A DNA stretch of 64,000 bases, taken from IMG/VR virus record IMGVR_UViG_3300028887_000067, positions 192,001 through 256,000 of that record; one strand, 5' to 3'. Below the pieces are notes generated by a model. That model worked only from the letters and a program-made list of their open reading frames with translations. It was not told the origin of the DNA and did not search any database. Below, one piece after another: positions 18,992 to 29,418 of this stretch (its first letter is position 1; every line of letters begins with the position of its first letter). The DNA comes from a virus (lineage: Duplodnaviria > Caudoviricetes). The position numbers were made by a program, and so were the translations under genes.

Positions 18992-21168
18992 TCGAGACTT
19001 ACGGCGAATACTGCAAGCTCTGCGACGAGCTCAAGAAACTGGCGAAGGCCTACGACGACGGAAACTCGCTCGTCGACGATTCCGTCTATGACGCCAAGTA
19101 CCGCGAGCTCAAGGCCTATGAACTCCAGAACCCCGACCTGAAGCTGGATGACTCTCCGACGAACCGCGTCTACGGATCCAACACGGACGGGTTCCGCAAG
19201 GTCGAACACAAGATACCGATGGTTTCAATCACGAACGCCAACGGGATCGAGGAGGCGGTCGACTGGGTCCGCAAGATGCGCGACAAGTACGGGGCGAGAA
19301 AGTTCGAACTCGAGAACAAGCTCGACGGCGCGAGCCTGTCCCTCATATACAAGGACGGTACACTCGTCGACGCGGTCACCAGGGGTGAGAACAACGTGGG
19401 TGACGCTGTCCCTGAGAACGCCGTCCGTATGCAGGGCGTCAAGACCTGCATCAAGCGTAAGGGCGACGTGGAAATCCGTGGCGAGTGTCTGTGGTTCTTC
19501 GAGCAGTTTGACGCGTACAACGAGCAACTCGAGCAGTTCGGGAAGCCGCAGATATCCAACCCGCGCAACGGCGTAGCCGGCACGCTCAAGCTGAAGACCC
19601 CCGACGAGGTGGAACAGCGCAAGGTCAACTTCGTGGCGTACATCGTCGCACAGGGTTCAGAAAGCGACACGCAGACGGGCGACGTGGAATACCTCGAGTC
19701 CGAAGGGTTCGAAGTCCCCCCGCACGAGACCGTAGACGTGACCGGCGACGAGGGCTTGGAACGTTTCCGCGAGGTCGCCGAGAGGATGCGGGAGAACAGG
19801 TATAACATGCCGTACGCCATCGACGGCGTCGTCATCAAGGTGGACGACAAGGAGCTGCAGGACAGGATGGGATATACGTCCAAGGCCCCGAACTTCTACA
19901 AGGCCTACAAGTTCCCGCCCGAGGAGAAGGACACCGAGCTTATCGACATCGAGAACTCGATTGGAAAGTCCGGCGCCATCACGCCGGTGGCCGTGTTCAA
20001 ACCGGTCAACCTCGCGATGACAGTCGTCCAGCGCTGTTCGCTCGGCAACTGGGACCGCGTCGAGTACCTCGGCCTGTTCAAGGGTTGCACGGTAAGGATT
20101 CGCAAGGCCGGCGAAATCATCCCCGAACTGGTGAAATGTGTCGAGACCGGGGTGTCCAAGGACGATTACGACATCCTGGTCAACGAGCGTCATGAAAAGC
20201 CACGCGTATACGCGGAAATGCCGTACTCGAAGCGCCTGATCACCAATAAGGAGTTCTACAGGCGTCCTGAAAAGTGCCCGTTCTGCGGGTCAGTGCTTTG
20301 GCACGACGTCAACGACAAGGACGAGGAGCTGGTGGCCTGGGTGTGCAAGAACCCCGAGTGCCCCGCCCAGATGGTCGAGAAGCTGTGCCATTTCGTAGAC
20401 CGCAAGGTGATGAACATCCGTGGCCTCGGCGAGAGCTCGATTCAGCAGCTCTTCGATTCCGGAAAGGTGCGTACCTTCGACGACCTGTACAGGCTCAAGA
20501 AGGAGGATATCGAACAGGCGAGCGACCGCCACGGGAAGAAATCCAGGGCGTTACAGTCGGCAAAAATCCTCGACGCCATCGAGAAGTCCAAGGGCAACTT
20601 CCTGCACCAGTGGATCGAGGGGTTTGGCATCACCGGGCTCGGTCACACGGCGGCGCCTATTGTGGCCGAATGTGTCCACCGTTGCGGGGGGATGAAAAAG
20701 TTCATCGCCAACCCGACGTTCAGTACGACGGCGACCGAGTTCAGGCAGTACGCCGACACGCTTGGCGTCTCCGCCATGATAGCGGACGCCTTCCTGGATT
20801 TCGTGGTCAACCAGCAGGTAGTGCTGGCCAACCTCGTCTTCGCGGGGGTGACGTTCCCGCACAAGGAGAACAAGGTAGTGTCGGCATCGCTCGCCGGACG
20901 TGTCTGCATCATGACGGGCGTATTCGACAAGCTCGGGAGGAACGAGTTCAAAGAGCTTGTCGTGGCAAACGGCGGTACTGTCTGTTCCGGCATAAGCAAG
21001 AAGACGAACCTCGTCCTTATGGGCGACGGCGCGGGCCCGTCAAAAGTCAAGGCTATCGAGGACCTGAAGTCGGCAGGGTACAAGATCGACGTGTACACGC
21101 CGGACACGCTGTCCGATTTCATGAATATGGTAGAAGGTAAGCATGAGGAAACCGATCAGGAAGAATAA
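18988..21168 (+). CDS. ligA: NAD-dependent DNA ligase
   Basis: ATGA overlap with thyX; KLDG adenylation site, TRG, EIRGE, NPRN, DGVVIK, KAGEIIP, C4 zinc finger, C-terminal BRCT. Confidence 0.95.
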   Translation: MIETYGEYCKLCDELKKLAKAYDDGNSLVDDSVYDAKYRELKAYELQNPDLKLDDSPTNRVYGSNTDGFRKVEHKIPMVSITNANGIEEAVDWVRKMRDKYGARKFELENKLDGASLSLIYKDGTLVDAVTRGENNVGDAVPENAVRMQGVKTCIKRKGDVEIRGECLWFFEQFDAYNEQLEQFGKPQISNPRNGVAGTLKLKTPDEVEQRKVNFVAYIVAQGSESDTQTGDVEYLESEGFEVPPHETVDVTGDEGLERFREVAERMRENRYNMPYAIDGVVIKVDDKELQDRMGYTSKAPNFYKAYKFPPEEKDTELIDIENSIGKSGAITPVAVFKPVNLAMTVVQRCSLGNWDRVEYLGLFKGCTVRIRKAGEIIPELVKCVETGVSKDDYDILVNERHEKPRVYAEMPYSKRLITNKEFYRRPEKCPFCGSVLWHDVNDKDEELVAWVCKNPECPAQMVEKLCHFVDRKVMNIRGLGESSIQQLFDSGKVRTFDDLYRLKKEDIEQASDRHGKKSRALQSAKILDAIEKSKGNFLHQWIEGFGITGLGHTAAPIVAECVHRCGGMKKFIANPTFSTTATEFRQYADTLGVSAMIADAFLDFVVNQQVVLANLVFAGVTFPHKENKVVSASLAGRVCIMTGVFDKLGRNEFKELVVANGGTVCSGISKKTNLVLMGDGAGPSKVKAIEDLKSAGYKIDVYTPDTLSDFMNMVEGKHEETDQEE

Positions 21169-21895
21169 GGACAGCATCGACAAGACGAAGGGGATGGTTG
21201 TCTTTCCCAGTTCGCAGAGCACGCTCGCTACTACATGGGTGGACACTGTAGACAAGATCGTGACCGAAGGAACGGGCACGGCCGACGTCAACCGCCTCTC
21301 CGAAATCAAGAGCAAGCTGGAAAACGCTCTCGTGGTCGTCAATAACCGTCTGACGGAGGAGCTGGACCGAGCCGACCGGAGAAACCTGCTCGCCGCGAAG
21401 CTTGACGCCCGCAAGTGGCTAATCGAGCACGGACCCGGACATATTGCTCGTGTCAAGTGGATGGGCCTCGCGCAGACTACGGCATATATGCTGGTCACTT
21501 GCGTGACTTATGACCCGACGGCCTCGTCATTCCTGATTAGTGGCATCACGTTTAGCGTGCATATCAGGAACAACGGCAAGGGGGGCATCATTTGCAGTGG
21601 TATCAGGACTCCGTCCCCGATAATGGCGAGCTCGCTTTGTATCAAGAATGCCGAGCACAGGCATTACGTGATTTCCGGTGCCGTCCAGAGTGTTGAGTTC
21701 GGATTCGATTATGAAAACGGGGTGACCGAGGATGCTCTGGTCAATGGCGTGTCCGACGAACTGACACGCCTCGGCGAAACGTGCAACCAGTTTAAACAAA
21801 TGAGGAAAAAATGTCAAATCCAAACCTCAAGGCGAACGAAAGGAGCGCCACCGAAAAAAAGGTTCGGGAAAAAGGAACGCTCCTCTTCAAAGTGA
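21143..21895 (+). CDS. Hypothetical protein
   Basis: 250-aa ORF overlapping both neighbours in the same orientation. Confidence 0.55.
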   Translation: MRKPIRKNKDSIDKTKGMVVFPSSQSTLATTWVDTVDKIVTEGTGTADVNRLSEIKSKLENALVVVNNRLTEELDRADRRNLLAAKLDARKWLIEHGPGHIARVKWMGLAQTTAYMLVTCVTYDPTASSFLISGITFSVHIRNNGKGGIICSGIRTPSPIMASSLCIKNAEHRHYVISGAVQSVEFGFDYENGVTEDALVNGVSDELTRLGETCNQFKQMRKKCQIQTSRRTKGAPPKKRFGKKERSSSK

Positions 21896-23028
21896 TTACC
21901 GGCTCGACCGCGTTCGGGCTCAATACGCCGACTTCGGACCTTGATATCCGTGGCGTATACATTCTTCCGTGGGAAGACCGCATCAGGCCGTACGTCGGTG
22001 ACCAGATCGCCGACGAGTCCAATGACGAGACCTACTGGGAAATTTCGAAGTTCTTCAGGGAGCTCGCGAAGGCGAACCCGCAGGCGCTCGAGATGCTATA
22101 TTCTCCGGACAGCTGCATCCTCGAGGGAAAGGAGTATCTCGAGAAGTTGCGTCGCGACATGAAGTTTGTCACCCGGAGATGCGAGAAGACTTTCGTCGAG
22201 TACGCGAAAGGCCAGATTGCCCGCGCACGGGGCATGAACAAGAAGGTGTTCAACCCGAAGGCGGCCGACAAGCCGTTGATTCTCGACTTCTGCTACGTAA
22301 TGATGCCGAACGGCACTGCGGTGCCGGTCAAGAAGTGGCTGGCCACCCACAAGGACGACGAGTACGGCGACGACCAGAAGTGGTACGCCGTCGCCGCCAT
22401 TGACCATGTCGACATGGGGTTCGCCATTTACGGGCAACCCGTTTCCGAGCGCAACGTCCCCGGACTCAACGAGCACGAGTGGAGATGGGCCTACGGAATC
22501 GTCCGTAACGAGGAGACGAGCTGCGAGATCCAGCTCAACTCTATTCCGCAAGGTAAACGCGTACTCGCGTTCATGACATACAACAAGAATGCGTACTCGA
22601 AGGCGTGCAAGGAGCACGCCGAGTATGTCGAATGGGAAAAGAAGCGCAATCCCGAGCGCTATGCCACGACCATCGCCCATGGTCAGGGCTACGACGCTAA
22701 AAATATGATGCACTGCGTGCGGCTCCTCTTCACGGCCCGTGACATCGCAGTGACCCATACGGTCGTAGTCAGCCGGAAGGCGGAACGCGACTTCCTGCTC
22801 AACATCAAGAGTGGCGCGTGGAAGTACGACGACCTGATCTCGTACGCGGAAAAGCTGGTCGAAGAAGTGACGGGCCTGTTCAAGAACTCTGGGTTGCCTG
22901 AGGAAGGCCCGTCCGAGGCGGAGATGTGCGACTACCTTATCGGGTTCATCAAGTCTGTCCAGAGAGACCGGTCGCCGCTTGGCCGCTGTCTTCGACTACT
23001 GCGCAGACTTTGGCATATTTGTGCCTAG
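21811..23028 (+). CDS. Pol-beta superfamily nucleotidyltransferase (RlaP/Nuc-transf type)
   Basis: GSTAFGLNTPTSDLDIRGVY, ANP..LEML, 'YDAKNMMHCVRLL', 'LL.IK.G'. Confidence 0.85.
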   Translation: MSNPNLKANERSATEKKVREKGTLLFKVITGSTAFGLNTPTSDLDIRGVYILPWEDRIRPYVGDQIADESNDETYWEISKFFRELAKANPQALEMLYSPDSCILEGKEYLEKLRRDMKFVTRRCEKTFVEYAKGQIARARGMNKKVFNPKAADKPLILDFCYVMMPNGTAVPVKKWLATHKDDEYGDDQKWYAVAAIDHVDMGFAIYGQPVSERNVPGLNEHEWRWAYGIVRNEETSCEIQLNSIPQGKRVLAFMTYNKNAYSKACKEHAEYVEWEKKRNPERYATTIAHGQGYDAKNMMHCVRLLFTARDIAVTHTVVVSRKAERDFLLNIKSGAWKYDDLISYAEKLVEEVTGLFKNSGLPEEGPSEAEMCDYLIGFIKSVQRDRSPLGRCLRLLRRLWHICA

Positions 23029-23174
23029 ACTCGTACCATCGGATAAGTTCAATCTGATCGGTGATTGGCGAGAACACATCGGGGGAGCAGCCGGACAGGC
23101 CGCTCCTCTTGTCTATGTAGATAATTCCGTATCTCATGCTTGCCAGTTTATGAGTCTAAAGCTATATTTCATCC

Positions 23175-23378
23175 GTGTCTAAAGAAAAGAAGCAACTCAG
23201 GAAAGTAGAAGTCAATTTCATCTCCAAGAGCGGATTCGGGACGGCTTCCGACATATACAAGGTCGTCGTCGGTCCTGGCTCGACTACGGAGAAGGAAATC
23301 GACTGGAGGACGGCCCACATGGAGCCCGACGAGTGGACCCGAGAAATCGGATCCGATGAACTTATAAAGGAGATCTAG
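23175..23378 (+). CDS. Small hypothetical protein (predicted leaderless, GTG start)
   Basis: TTGCCA-N17-TATATT-N6-GTG. Confidence 0.55.
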   Translation: MSKEKKQLRKVEVNFISKSGFGTASDIYKVVVGPGSTTEKEIDWRTAHMEPDEWTREIGSDELIKEI

Positions 23379-23379
23379 T

Positions 23380-24093
23380 ATGGCTGATATTGACAACAGC
23401 GAAGCTATCAAGAAGATGATGCACTTTGAAATCGAGGGCGATACCTACTTCGTCCAAGTTCAGATTCGTGGCAAGGACGTCGGCGGTCGTGACCTCATCG
23501 TCAAGGATTTCCATATACACAGCATCGAGCATCTCGACAAGGAATATCCGGATATCAAGGATCTCTGCAGGAAGTATCGCGCCCGCGCATACATCCGTCT
23601 CAACCAGCGCAGCACGTGGGACGCCAACATCATCGCGCAAATCGAGGCGCTCCAACAGCAGATCGAGATCAACCGCGTCATGCGCAAGCACCTCCGCACG
23701 GGTGAAAAGCCTACCTTCCCGAAAGTCCTCTCCATCTCGAAGCTGTACAGCAGCGCACTCGGGCGCAACAATACCGAGGCGTCGGAATCCCGCAAGTGGA
23801 TCGTCGACGTCGACCCTGACATGGTAGACCCGTCGAAGCCGGGGTTCGGTTCGATTACCGAGATCGCGGACACGCTTTCCAACATCATCGCGACCAAGTG
23901 CGGCACCAAGGAAAACCCGGAACCGCATGAGATTGCGAGGTTGCCGTCGAAGTCCGGCATCCACCTCGTGACGACTACGTTCAATATGCATGCGTTCACG
24001 TGTGCCGTCGGAAAGCCCAAGCAGGGCGACTTCGTGAAGCCCGATGCAAATACCAACCTGTTCATCCCGTCCAACTTGTTCATCACGGAATAG
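23380..24093 (+). CDS. Phage hypothetical protein (RAYI..N.RS, IVDVD, SKSG.HL motifs; possibly AEP-like fold)
   Basis: AAGGAG RBS; DxD and SG.H motifs reminiscent of archaeo-eukaryotic primase-like folds. Confidence 0.6.
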   Translation: MADIDNSEAIKKMMHFEIEGDTYFVQVQIRGKDVGGRDLIVKDFHIHSIEHLDKEYPDIKDLCRKYRARAYIRLNQRSTWDANIIAQIEALQQQIEINRVMRKHLRTGEKPTFPKVLSISKLYSSALGRNNTEASESRKWIVDVDPDMVDPSKPGFGSITEIADTLSNIIATKCGTKENPEPHEIARLPSKSGIHLVTTTFNMHAFTCAVGKPKQGDFVKPDANTNLFIPSNLFITE

Positions 24094-24205
24094 AGTATGG
24101 CGAAAAAATCGCGCCGGCGCTCCGGTATATGGAAATTATGTAAGACCGTGATATATTCCGTCATGGTCGTAAGGATTGTAATGGCTGTTATTGTCAGGAT
24201 TCACA

Positions 24206-26026
24206 ATGTCAAGGATTAGCGAAGCTTCGACGTATCTTGGAAATGTTCATTTGCCTGTCGCGCATCCCCGTAACAAATGTGCGCTGGAGAACACTGCCGA
24301 AGAACCCAAGGCCGAGGAGGCCAACGAGTCTTCGAACGGCAAATCGTCCAACACCACCGACATAATCCGGCAAATTCAGTCAGCGGTAGAGGACCTGCCC
24401 GAGTTGTGGTTGACGGGGAAGGGTAACATTATCGACCTGTTGGATGACCTGTTCGACATCTCGGAAGTGAAGGAACGGTTCAAGAAGGGCGGGTATAAGA
24501 CCCTGTTCACGTCGTTGCTGTCGTTCAACGCCACCAAGTACATCTTCGCGTTCGATACGATTGTGTCCCTGCTCGCCCCGAACCACATCCTGAGCAAGGC
24601 GTCGAACATGATGCGCAACATAGCACTCCTCGACAGCATGGTCGGCTCGACCATCGGCAAGATTTCCCTGAGCGGCAACCTGCGGGCCGGTGAAGACCTG
24701 AAGAACTTGCTGAAGCAGTTCAAGGATTTTCCCCTCAACCCGAACGACTTCTACATCCGCCAGCACGGGCAGATCGGTATGCTGTTCGTCTTTTTCGCTA
24801 CGATTTCGGACTGTAAGGTCGGCGACGTCATAGAGCTCAAATCACCTGCATTTCGGTTCAGACCTCTTACCGACGGAATGTACACGGATACGCTCCACTG
24901 CAGAATCGTGTACAAGTCGCACGAGTTATCTCGCGACCCGTACGGCCTGTACCTGAAAAGCGCAACGGCCGACAAAACCATCGTTCTCTGCGAACTTCTT
25001 GAACTCAACCGGTTCATAATGCTCGCCCCGTCGCTCGCAGGCGACCGGAGCGACCTTACTGTCCGTCGCCTTATTATGGGATCTCCGGATTCGATATACG
25101 CGTTCTACAAGTCGGAAGACGACTTTGAGGGATATAGGGACACAGCCATACTCAGGGCACTTCCCATGTCTACCTTCGATTTCCAGAAAAACTGCATCGG
25201 GTTGACAAGCGAAGGGGATATATACAAGCTCGACCGAACCATTTTCGATACGACAGTCGACGAGGTATACGATACCCATGCGCTGACAGTCATCGAACGC
25301 ATATCGAACTCAATCAAGCTCAATTGCTCCAGAGCGTTCGCCCTGGTCGGAATTCCCGGAACGGGCAAGACCTTCCTGCAGAAGAAGATTGTCCGAGACC
25401 ATCCGGAATCGGCGGTCATTAGGCCTTACATTTCCGACAGGGGCGTAAACGACTCGCTGATCCGTTCGATTGGCGAGACTGTTATGGCAATCCCGTTGCG
25501 CAATGTCCTCATTGTACTGGACGATTTCGACAAGGGAGTGCAGGGTGACGAGAACCTCACTCCGCAGTACAAGAGCCAGAGGCTCATCGAACTGTTCGAT
25601 ACCCTTCACAGAGCATGTCCGGGCGGGTTCGACAAGGAAACGGGGGAACCGAAGAGGACGTTCACCCTCGTCGCCACGATGAACAGCCCGAAGCTGCTCG
25701 ACAATTCCGTGATAAAACGCTCGGAACGCTTCGACGAGGTCATCGAGATCGGACTGCCGGAAACGTTCATCTACGGGAAGCGCCTCAATGCCATCAAGGA
25801 CCCTGACGACTGCACGGACTTCACCTCGTCACGGTTCAAGCCGGTATACTGGTACATGCGCCGCAAGGTGATCACGCTTGCCGACCTCGGCAACATTTAC
25901 GACATCCTGCGCATCCACCGCCGGAAGAAAGGTGATAAACTGCGTTATAACATCAGAGACTTACTCTACGCTGTCAAGTACATCGGCCGCAACAGGGCCT
26001 CCGCCAGCAAGGAGTACGAATTGTGA
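24206..26026 (+). CDS. AAA+ ATPase
   Basis: Walker A GIPGTGKT, Walker B IVLDDFD, 'ATMN', 'KRSERFD'. Start uncertain. Confidence 0.8.
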   Translation: MSRISEASTYLGNVHLPVAHPRNKCALENTAEEPKAEEANESSNGKSSNTTDIIRQIQSAVEDLPELWLTGKGNIIDLLDDLFDISEVKERFKKGGYKTLFTSLLSFNATKYIFAFDTIVSLLAPNHILSKASNMMRNIALLDSMVGSTIGKISLSGNLRAGEDLKNLLKQFKDFPLNPNDFYIRQHGQIGMLFVFFATISDCKVGDVIELKSPAFRFRPLTDGMYTDTLHCRIVYKSHELSRDPYGLYLKSATADKTIVLCELLELNRFIMLAPSLAGDRSDLTVRRLIMGSPDSIYAFYKSEDDFEGYRDTAILRALPMSTFDFQKNCIGLTSEGDIYKLDRTIFDTTVDEVYDTHALTVIERISNSIKLNCSRAFALVGIPGTGKTFLQKKIVRDHPESAVIRPYISDRGVNDSLIRSIGETVMAIPLRNVLIVLDDFDKGVQGDENLTPQYKSQRLIELFDTLHRACPGGFDKETGEPKRTFTLVATMNSPKLLDNSVIKRSERFDEVIEIGLPETFIYGKRLNAIKDPDDCTDFTSSRFKPVYWYMRRKVITLADLGNIYDILRIHRRKKGDKLRYNIRDLLYAVKYIGRNRASASKEYEL

Positions 26027-26033
26027 GGCTATT

Positions 26034-26231
26034 ATGCAGGATTCCAAGGTCAGGACCATTCTCTCCACGGTAAAGAGCAAGAGCGTCGCCGGCGTATCCC
26101 CGGTGGACTACATCGACGGCGTATTGGACGCGCTCCCCGACGGGACGAACGCCGCCGTCGAAACCGCGAGCGCCGGCAAGAAGCCGCTACTCGCCGCCGA
26201 CTACGGGAACGGATCCCGCGCCCTGTTTTAG
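26034..26231 (+). CDS. Small hypothetical protein
   Basis: GAGG RBS and ATG immediately after the ATPase. Confidence 0.45.
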   Translation: MQDSKVRTILSTVKSKSVAGVSPVDYIDGVLDALPDGTNAAVETASAGKKPLLAADYGNGSRALF

Positions 26232-26783
26232 CAGGGACCAGTCGTTACGCGCCTTTTCCAGGGCGGAGTCGAATTCCGACTTCGCCCGTTTCATATATGC
26301 GGAGATGTACGCCATCAGCGTAGCCGTGGCGCCGGCCTCGTTTTCCGGCCAGTATAGCACCCTGTTCCCGTCGTCGAACATCCCGTCGCGCCTTATCCTG
26401 TCCATCACGGCCTCGTCGAGGGAATCGACGACCCCCCTCCTGACACCGTTCAGGATGTCCCACGACACGTAGTTCACCTCCTCCGTCGGCAGGCTGTCGA
26501 GGAAGGTCACGTGCTCCTTGCCTTCCATGTCCTCGAAGATGACGCATTTCCCGTTCGTGGAATCGGTAACCTGCTTCACCACCATCGACTGCGCGAACTT
26601 CCTCGAATGCTGTCCGGACGTCGCCTCTGGGTGGTATATCAGCTTGTGGTGGGTGGGGCAGAGCGGTATGGCCACGTCGGAACCCAGCCGGGACCCGAGC
26701 TCCCGGAGGTGGATGTGGTGGAAATCGATCAGGGCGCGGTGCTCCGTCTCGTAGGGGCACCCCGGAAAACAACACTTGAACAT
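26187..26783 (-). CDS. HNH-type nuclease/zinc-finger protein (predicted leaderless)
   Basis: C.FPGC, HHIH and LCPTHH...H motifs; TTTGC-TATCTT-N6-ATG. Confidence 0.7.
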   Translation of the reverse strand: MFKCCFPGCPYETEHRALIDFHHIHLRELGSRLGSDVAIPLCPTHHKLIYHPEATSGQHSRKFAQSMVVKQVTDSTNGKCVIFEDMEGKEHVTFLDSLPTEEVNYVSWDILNGVRRGVVDSLDEAVMDRIRRDGMFDDGNRVLYWPENEAGATATLMAYISAYMKRAKSEFDSALEKARNDWSLLKQGAGSVPVVGGE

Positions 26784-26889
26784 GCCGAGAAGATAGCAAA
26801 ACAGCGTTCTGGACTCAAATTCGGCAAATTTTCGGGACAGGCGTCGATACGAGTGGCCATTGGACTAAACTGCAGGTAGGAGGCGGCCC

Positions 26890-27411
26890 ATGGAAACACA
26901 GATCGTAAGGCTTGTAGGTCAGATAAGCGAAGAGACGATTTCACCCGTGATAGAGGAACTGGGCCGGCTAGACCCGGAGACCAGTGAGGTCACGCTCGTC
27001 ATAGACAGCTACGGCGGGTCCATCGAGGAAGGCTTCAGGCTAATCGACGCAATCCGCATAATCCAGTCCAGGGGGGTGGTCGTACACTCGGTCATAACGG
27101 GGAAGGCCTACTCCATGGGGATATACATAGCTCTCGCGGCGAACAAGCGCACCGCCTACCCCAGCGCACGGATAATGACTCACAGCGCACGCTACGACGG
27201 GCTGGAGGAGGATACGCCGTACACGGCCAAGGACCTCAAGACGATGTTCCTGGAAATGGACAACTATGACAGGATGTTCAAGGAACTGCTGGTGTCGGCC
27301 GGCGTCGACCCAAACGACGCGGACGTCATTATGGCCAAGGACACCTATTTCGGCGTCGACACGGCCATACGGCTCGGCTTAGTGCAGTCGGTCGAGAAGG
27401 ACGTCGTCTGA
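26890..27411 (+). CDS. clpP: ClpP-family serine protease
   Basis: AGGAGG RBS; IDSYGGS, G.AYSMG (Ser), RIMTH (His), DTYF. Confidence 0.85.
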   Translation: METQIVRLVGQISEETISPVIEELGRLDPETSEVTLVIDSYGGSIEEGFRLIDAIRIIQSRGVVVHSVITGKAYSMGIYIALAANKRTAYPSARIMTHSARYDGLEEDTPYTAKDLKTMFLEMDNYDRMFKELLVSAGVDPNDADVIMAKDTYFGVDTAIRLGLVQSVEKDVV

Positions 27412-27833
27412 AGCCGCCTGCGCTCCATTTCCTCCTTCACGTAGGGCGACAGGTTCTTGAAGAACATCTCGGGGCAGTCGGTCAGGGCGAACGAGTCGTT
27501 CTCCGGCTTGACGTTGCCGAAGCTGTCTACGAAAGTGGCGTCGCAGTGCAGGGTTTCTAGGTCGAAGTCCATTTCCACGGAGAACAGGTGCAGACGCTTC
27601 TTCGACTGGTAGCGACGGTCGCCTATTTCGAAGATTTCGGTTTCCGCCGGTATAGAGAGACCGGTCTCTTCCATGAGCTCCCTCTTTGCCGCCTCCAGCG
27701 GTGTCTCCCCGTTCTCCAGGTGTCCCTTCGGTATGTCCATCGAGTGTTCGCCCGCCTGCCGTCCGGTCGGGTGGCACGCTAGGATCTTGCCCGTGCCTTT
27801 CTTTACGATTATGAATCCGCAACTCTTTTCCAT
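27345..27833 (-). CDS. Nudix hydrolase (T4 NudE-like)
   Basis: SCG start; DIPKGH...GETPLEAAKRELMEETGL Nudix box. Confidence 0.88.
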   Translation of the reverse strand: MEKSCGFIIVKKGTGKILACHPTGRQAGEHSMDIPKGHLENGETPLEAAKRELMEETGLSIPAETEIFEIGDRRYQSKKRLHLFSVEMDFDLETLHCDATFVDSFGNVKPENDSFALTDCPEMFFKNLSPYVKEEMERRRLQTTSFSTDCTKPSRMAVSTPK

Positions 27834-27906
27834 ATCCTCAAATATAGCAAACCATGAACTATTACAGGATTATAAACTGCGTTGGAAGCGAAAAAGGACA
27901 TTTCAG

Positions 27907-28476
27907 ATGGACAAGACGAATATCTTCTTCTGCACCGAGGACGACGGAAACGAACTCGCCGTCATGCTCGACGACACGCGACCGGATGGTTCCCTGGGCT
28001 GCTATTCCCATGTCGGCCAGCATTCTACCGCCGAACCGGCCTATATCGAAGGTTGCCGGCCCATGTTAAACCCAGAGCAGTCCGACCTGTACAAGGAACT
28101 TCAGGGACAGGGATATACCGACATCAACATTGTCCCGAACTTCAACGAGCCCGACGCTTCCCTTGCCGACAAGGTATCCGACATCGCCAAGTCAAGCACC
28201 GACAACCCGGCATTTGCCGAGGCAGTCAGCCAGCTCGCCAAGGCCTGTTTCGAAGGATATGGGTATGGGGCCAAGGATTATGAGTCCATGGACGTCAATG
28301 CCTTGTACCAGGAATTGCTTGATCACAACTTGTTTACCGAACCCGAATTGGTGCTGGTTACCAACGGGTGGGGTCTTAACGAAGATACCCTCAACACGGC
28401 GTGTTATGCCCGCTACGGATTCAATAGCGCCGCACAGACGCTCGAAGACGATGATAAACACGGGGTTCGCCGATGA
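27907..28476 (+). CDS. Hypothetical protein, late-promoter driven
   Basis: AAGGA RBS; TATAAACTGC at 27871; 'CYSHVGQHS' motif; acidic. Confidence 0.65.
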   Translation: MDKTNIFFCTEDDGNELAVMLDDTRPDGSLGCYSHVGQHSTAEPAYIEGCRPMLNPEQSDLYKELQGQGYTDINIVPNFNEPDASLADKVSDIAKSSTDNPAFAEAVSQLAKACFEGYGYGAKDYESMDVNALYQELLDHNLFTEPELVLVTNGWGLNEDTLNTACYARYGFNSAAQTLEDDDKHGVRR

Positions 28477-29342
28477 GCCCGTGTCTGGCTATCAGCATTA
28501 ACGGCGGTGGGGCGCTCGGAATAGGCCCGCTCGCCTTCATGTGCCGACTCGAACAGGACATCGGAAAGAAGCTCGGCGACTGCGCCGTCGCGTTCGCGGG
28601 CACGTCGACGGGTGCGATCATTGCCGGCGGTCTCGACGAGGGTTATTCCGCCCACGACCTGTTCGACCTATACAGGAACAACTTGAAAAAGATTTTCACG
28701 AAGTACCCGTGGTACAAGCGCGTCAAGCCAACGTGCCCTCCATACGACAATACGTTCCTCAAGTCGATTCTGGAAGAAAAGTTCAAGGGTAACGTCGGCG
28801 ATTGGAAAAAACCCATTTTCATTCCGACCACGTATACTAACGGCAAGAGCGTCGAGAAGGTATGGGACCTGGGTGACAAGGATGTCCCTAAGTCTTTCGC
28901 CATCCTCACCAGCACGGCCGCCCCTACGTTCTTCGACATTATTGTCAAGGACGGCAAGAGCTTCGCGGACGGCGGACTCTGGGCGAACTGTCCCGTGGCC
29001 GTCCTGAACGCCGGATTGAAGTGCTCGGAATACAATGGTCATCTGCGGATATTGTCGTTCAATACCGGAATGGACATGCCGAATACGTTGGTAGGGAACC
29101 AGTCTTTAATATCGTGGATTAAGTATCTTCTTACGGGTTGGATCGCTAGGGCCGGAAAGAGCAACGATTATATCGTCATGAAAGACATCGGGGAAGAAAA
29201 CTTCGCCGTTGCGTCGCCGCATTATGACAAGTCGATCCCGATGGACGATACGGATGACGACACCCTCGACTTGGTGATTGGAATGTGGAACGACTACTAC
29301 GACGCCAACAAGGATTACTTCCTCCACTTCGTGAATCCTTAA
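28473..29342 (+). CDS. Patatin-like phospholipase
   Basis: GGGALG, GTSTG nucleophile elbow, AAPTFF, DGGLWAN. Confidence 0.92.
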   Translation: MSPCLAISINGGGALGIGPLAFMCRLEQDIGKKLGDCAVAFAGTSTGAIIAGGLDEGYSAHDLFDLYRNNLKKIFTKYPWYKRVKPTCPPYDNTFLKSILEEKFKGNVGDWKKPIFIPTTYTNGKSVEKVWDLGDKDVPKSFAILTSTAAPTFFDIIVKDGKSFADGGLWANCPVAVLNAGLKCSEYNGHLRILSFNTGMDMPNTLVGNQSLISWIKYLLTGWIARAGKSNDYIVMKDIGEENFAVASPHYDKSIPMDDTDDDTLDLVIGMWNDYYDANKDYFLHFVNP

Positions 29343-29418
29343 TTTACAGGCCGGTTGGGACCGGCCTTTCTTGTATATCTATTAATTATTTTGTACATTT
29401 AAACAAAAAGGAAAAACT

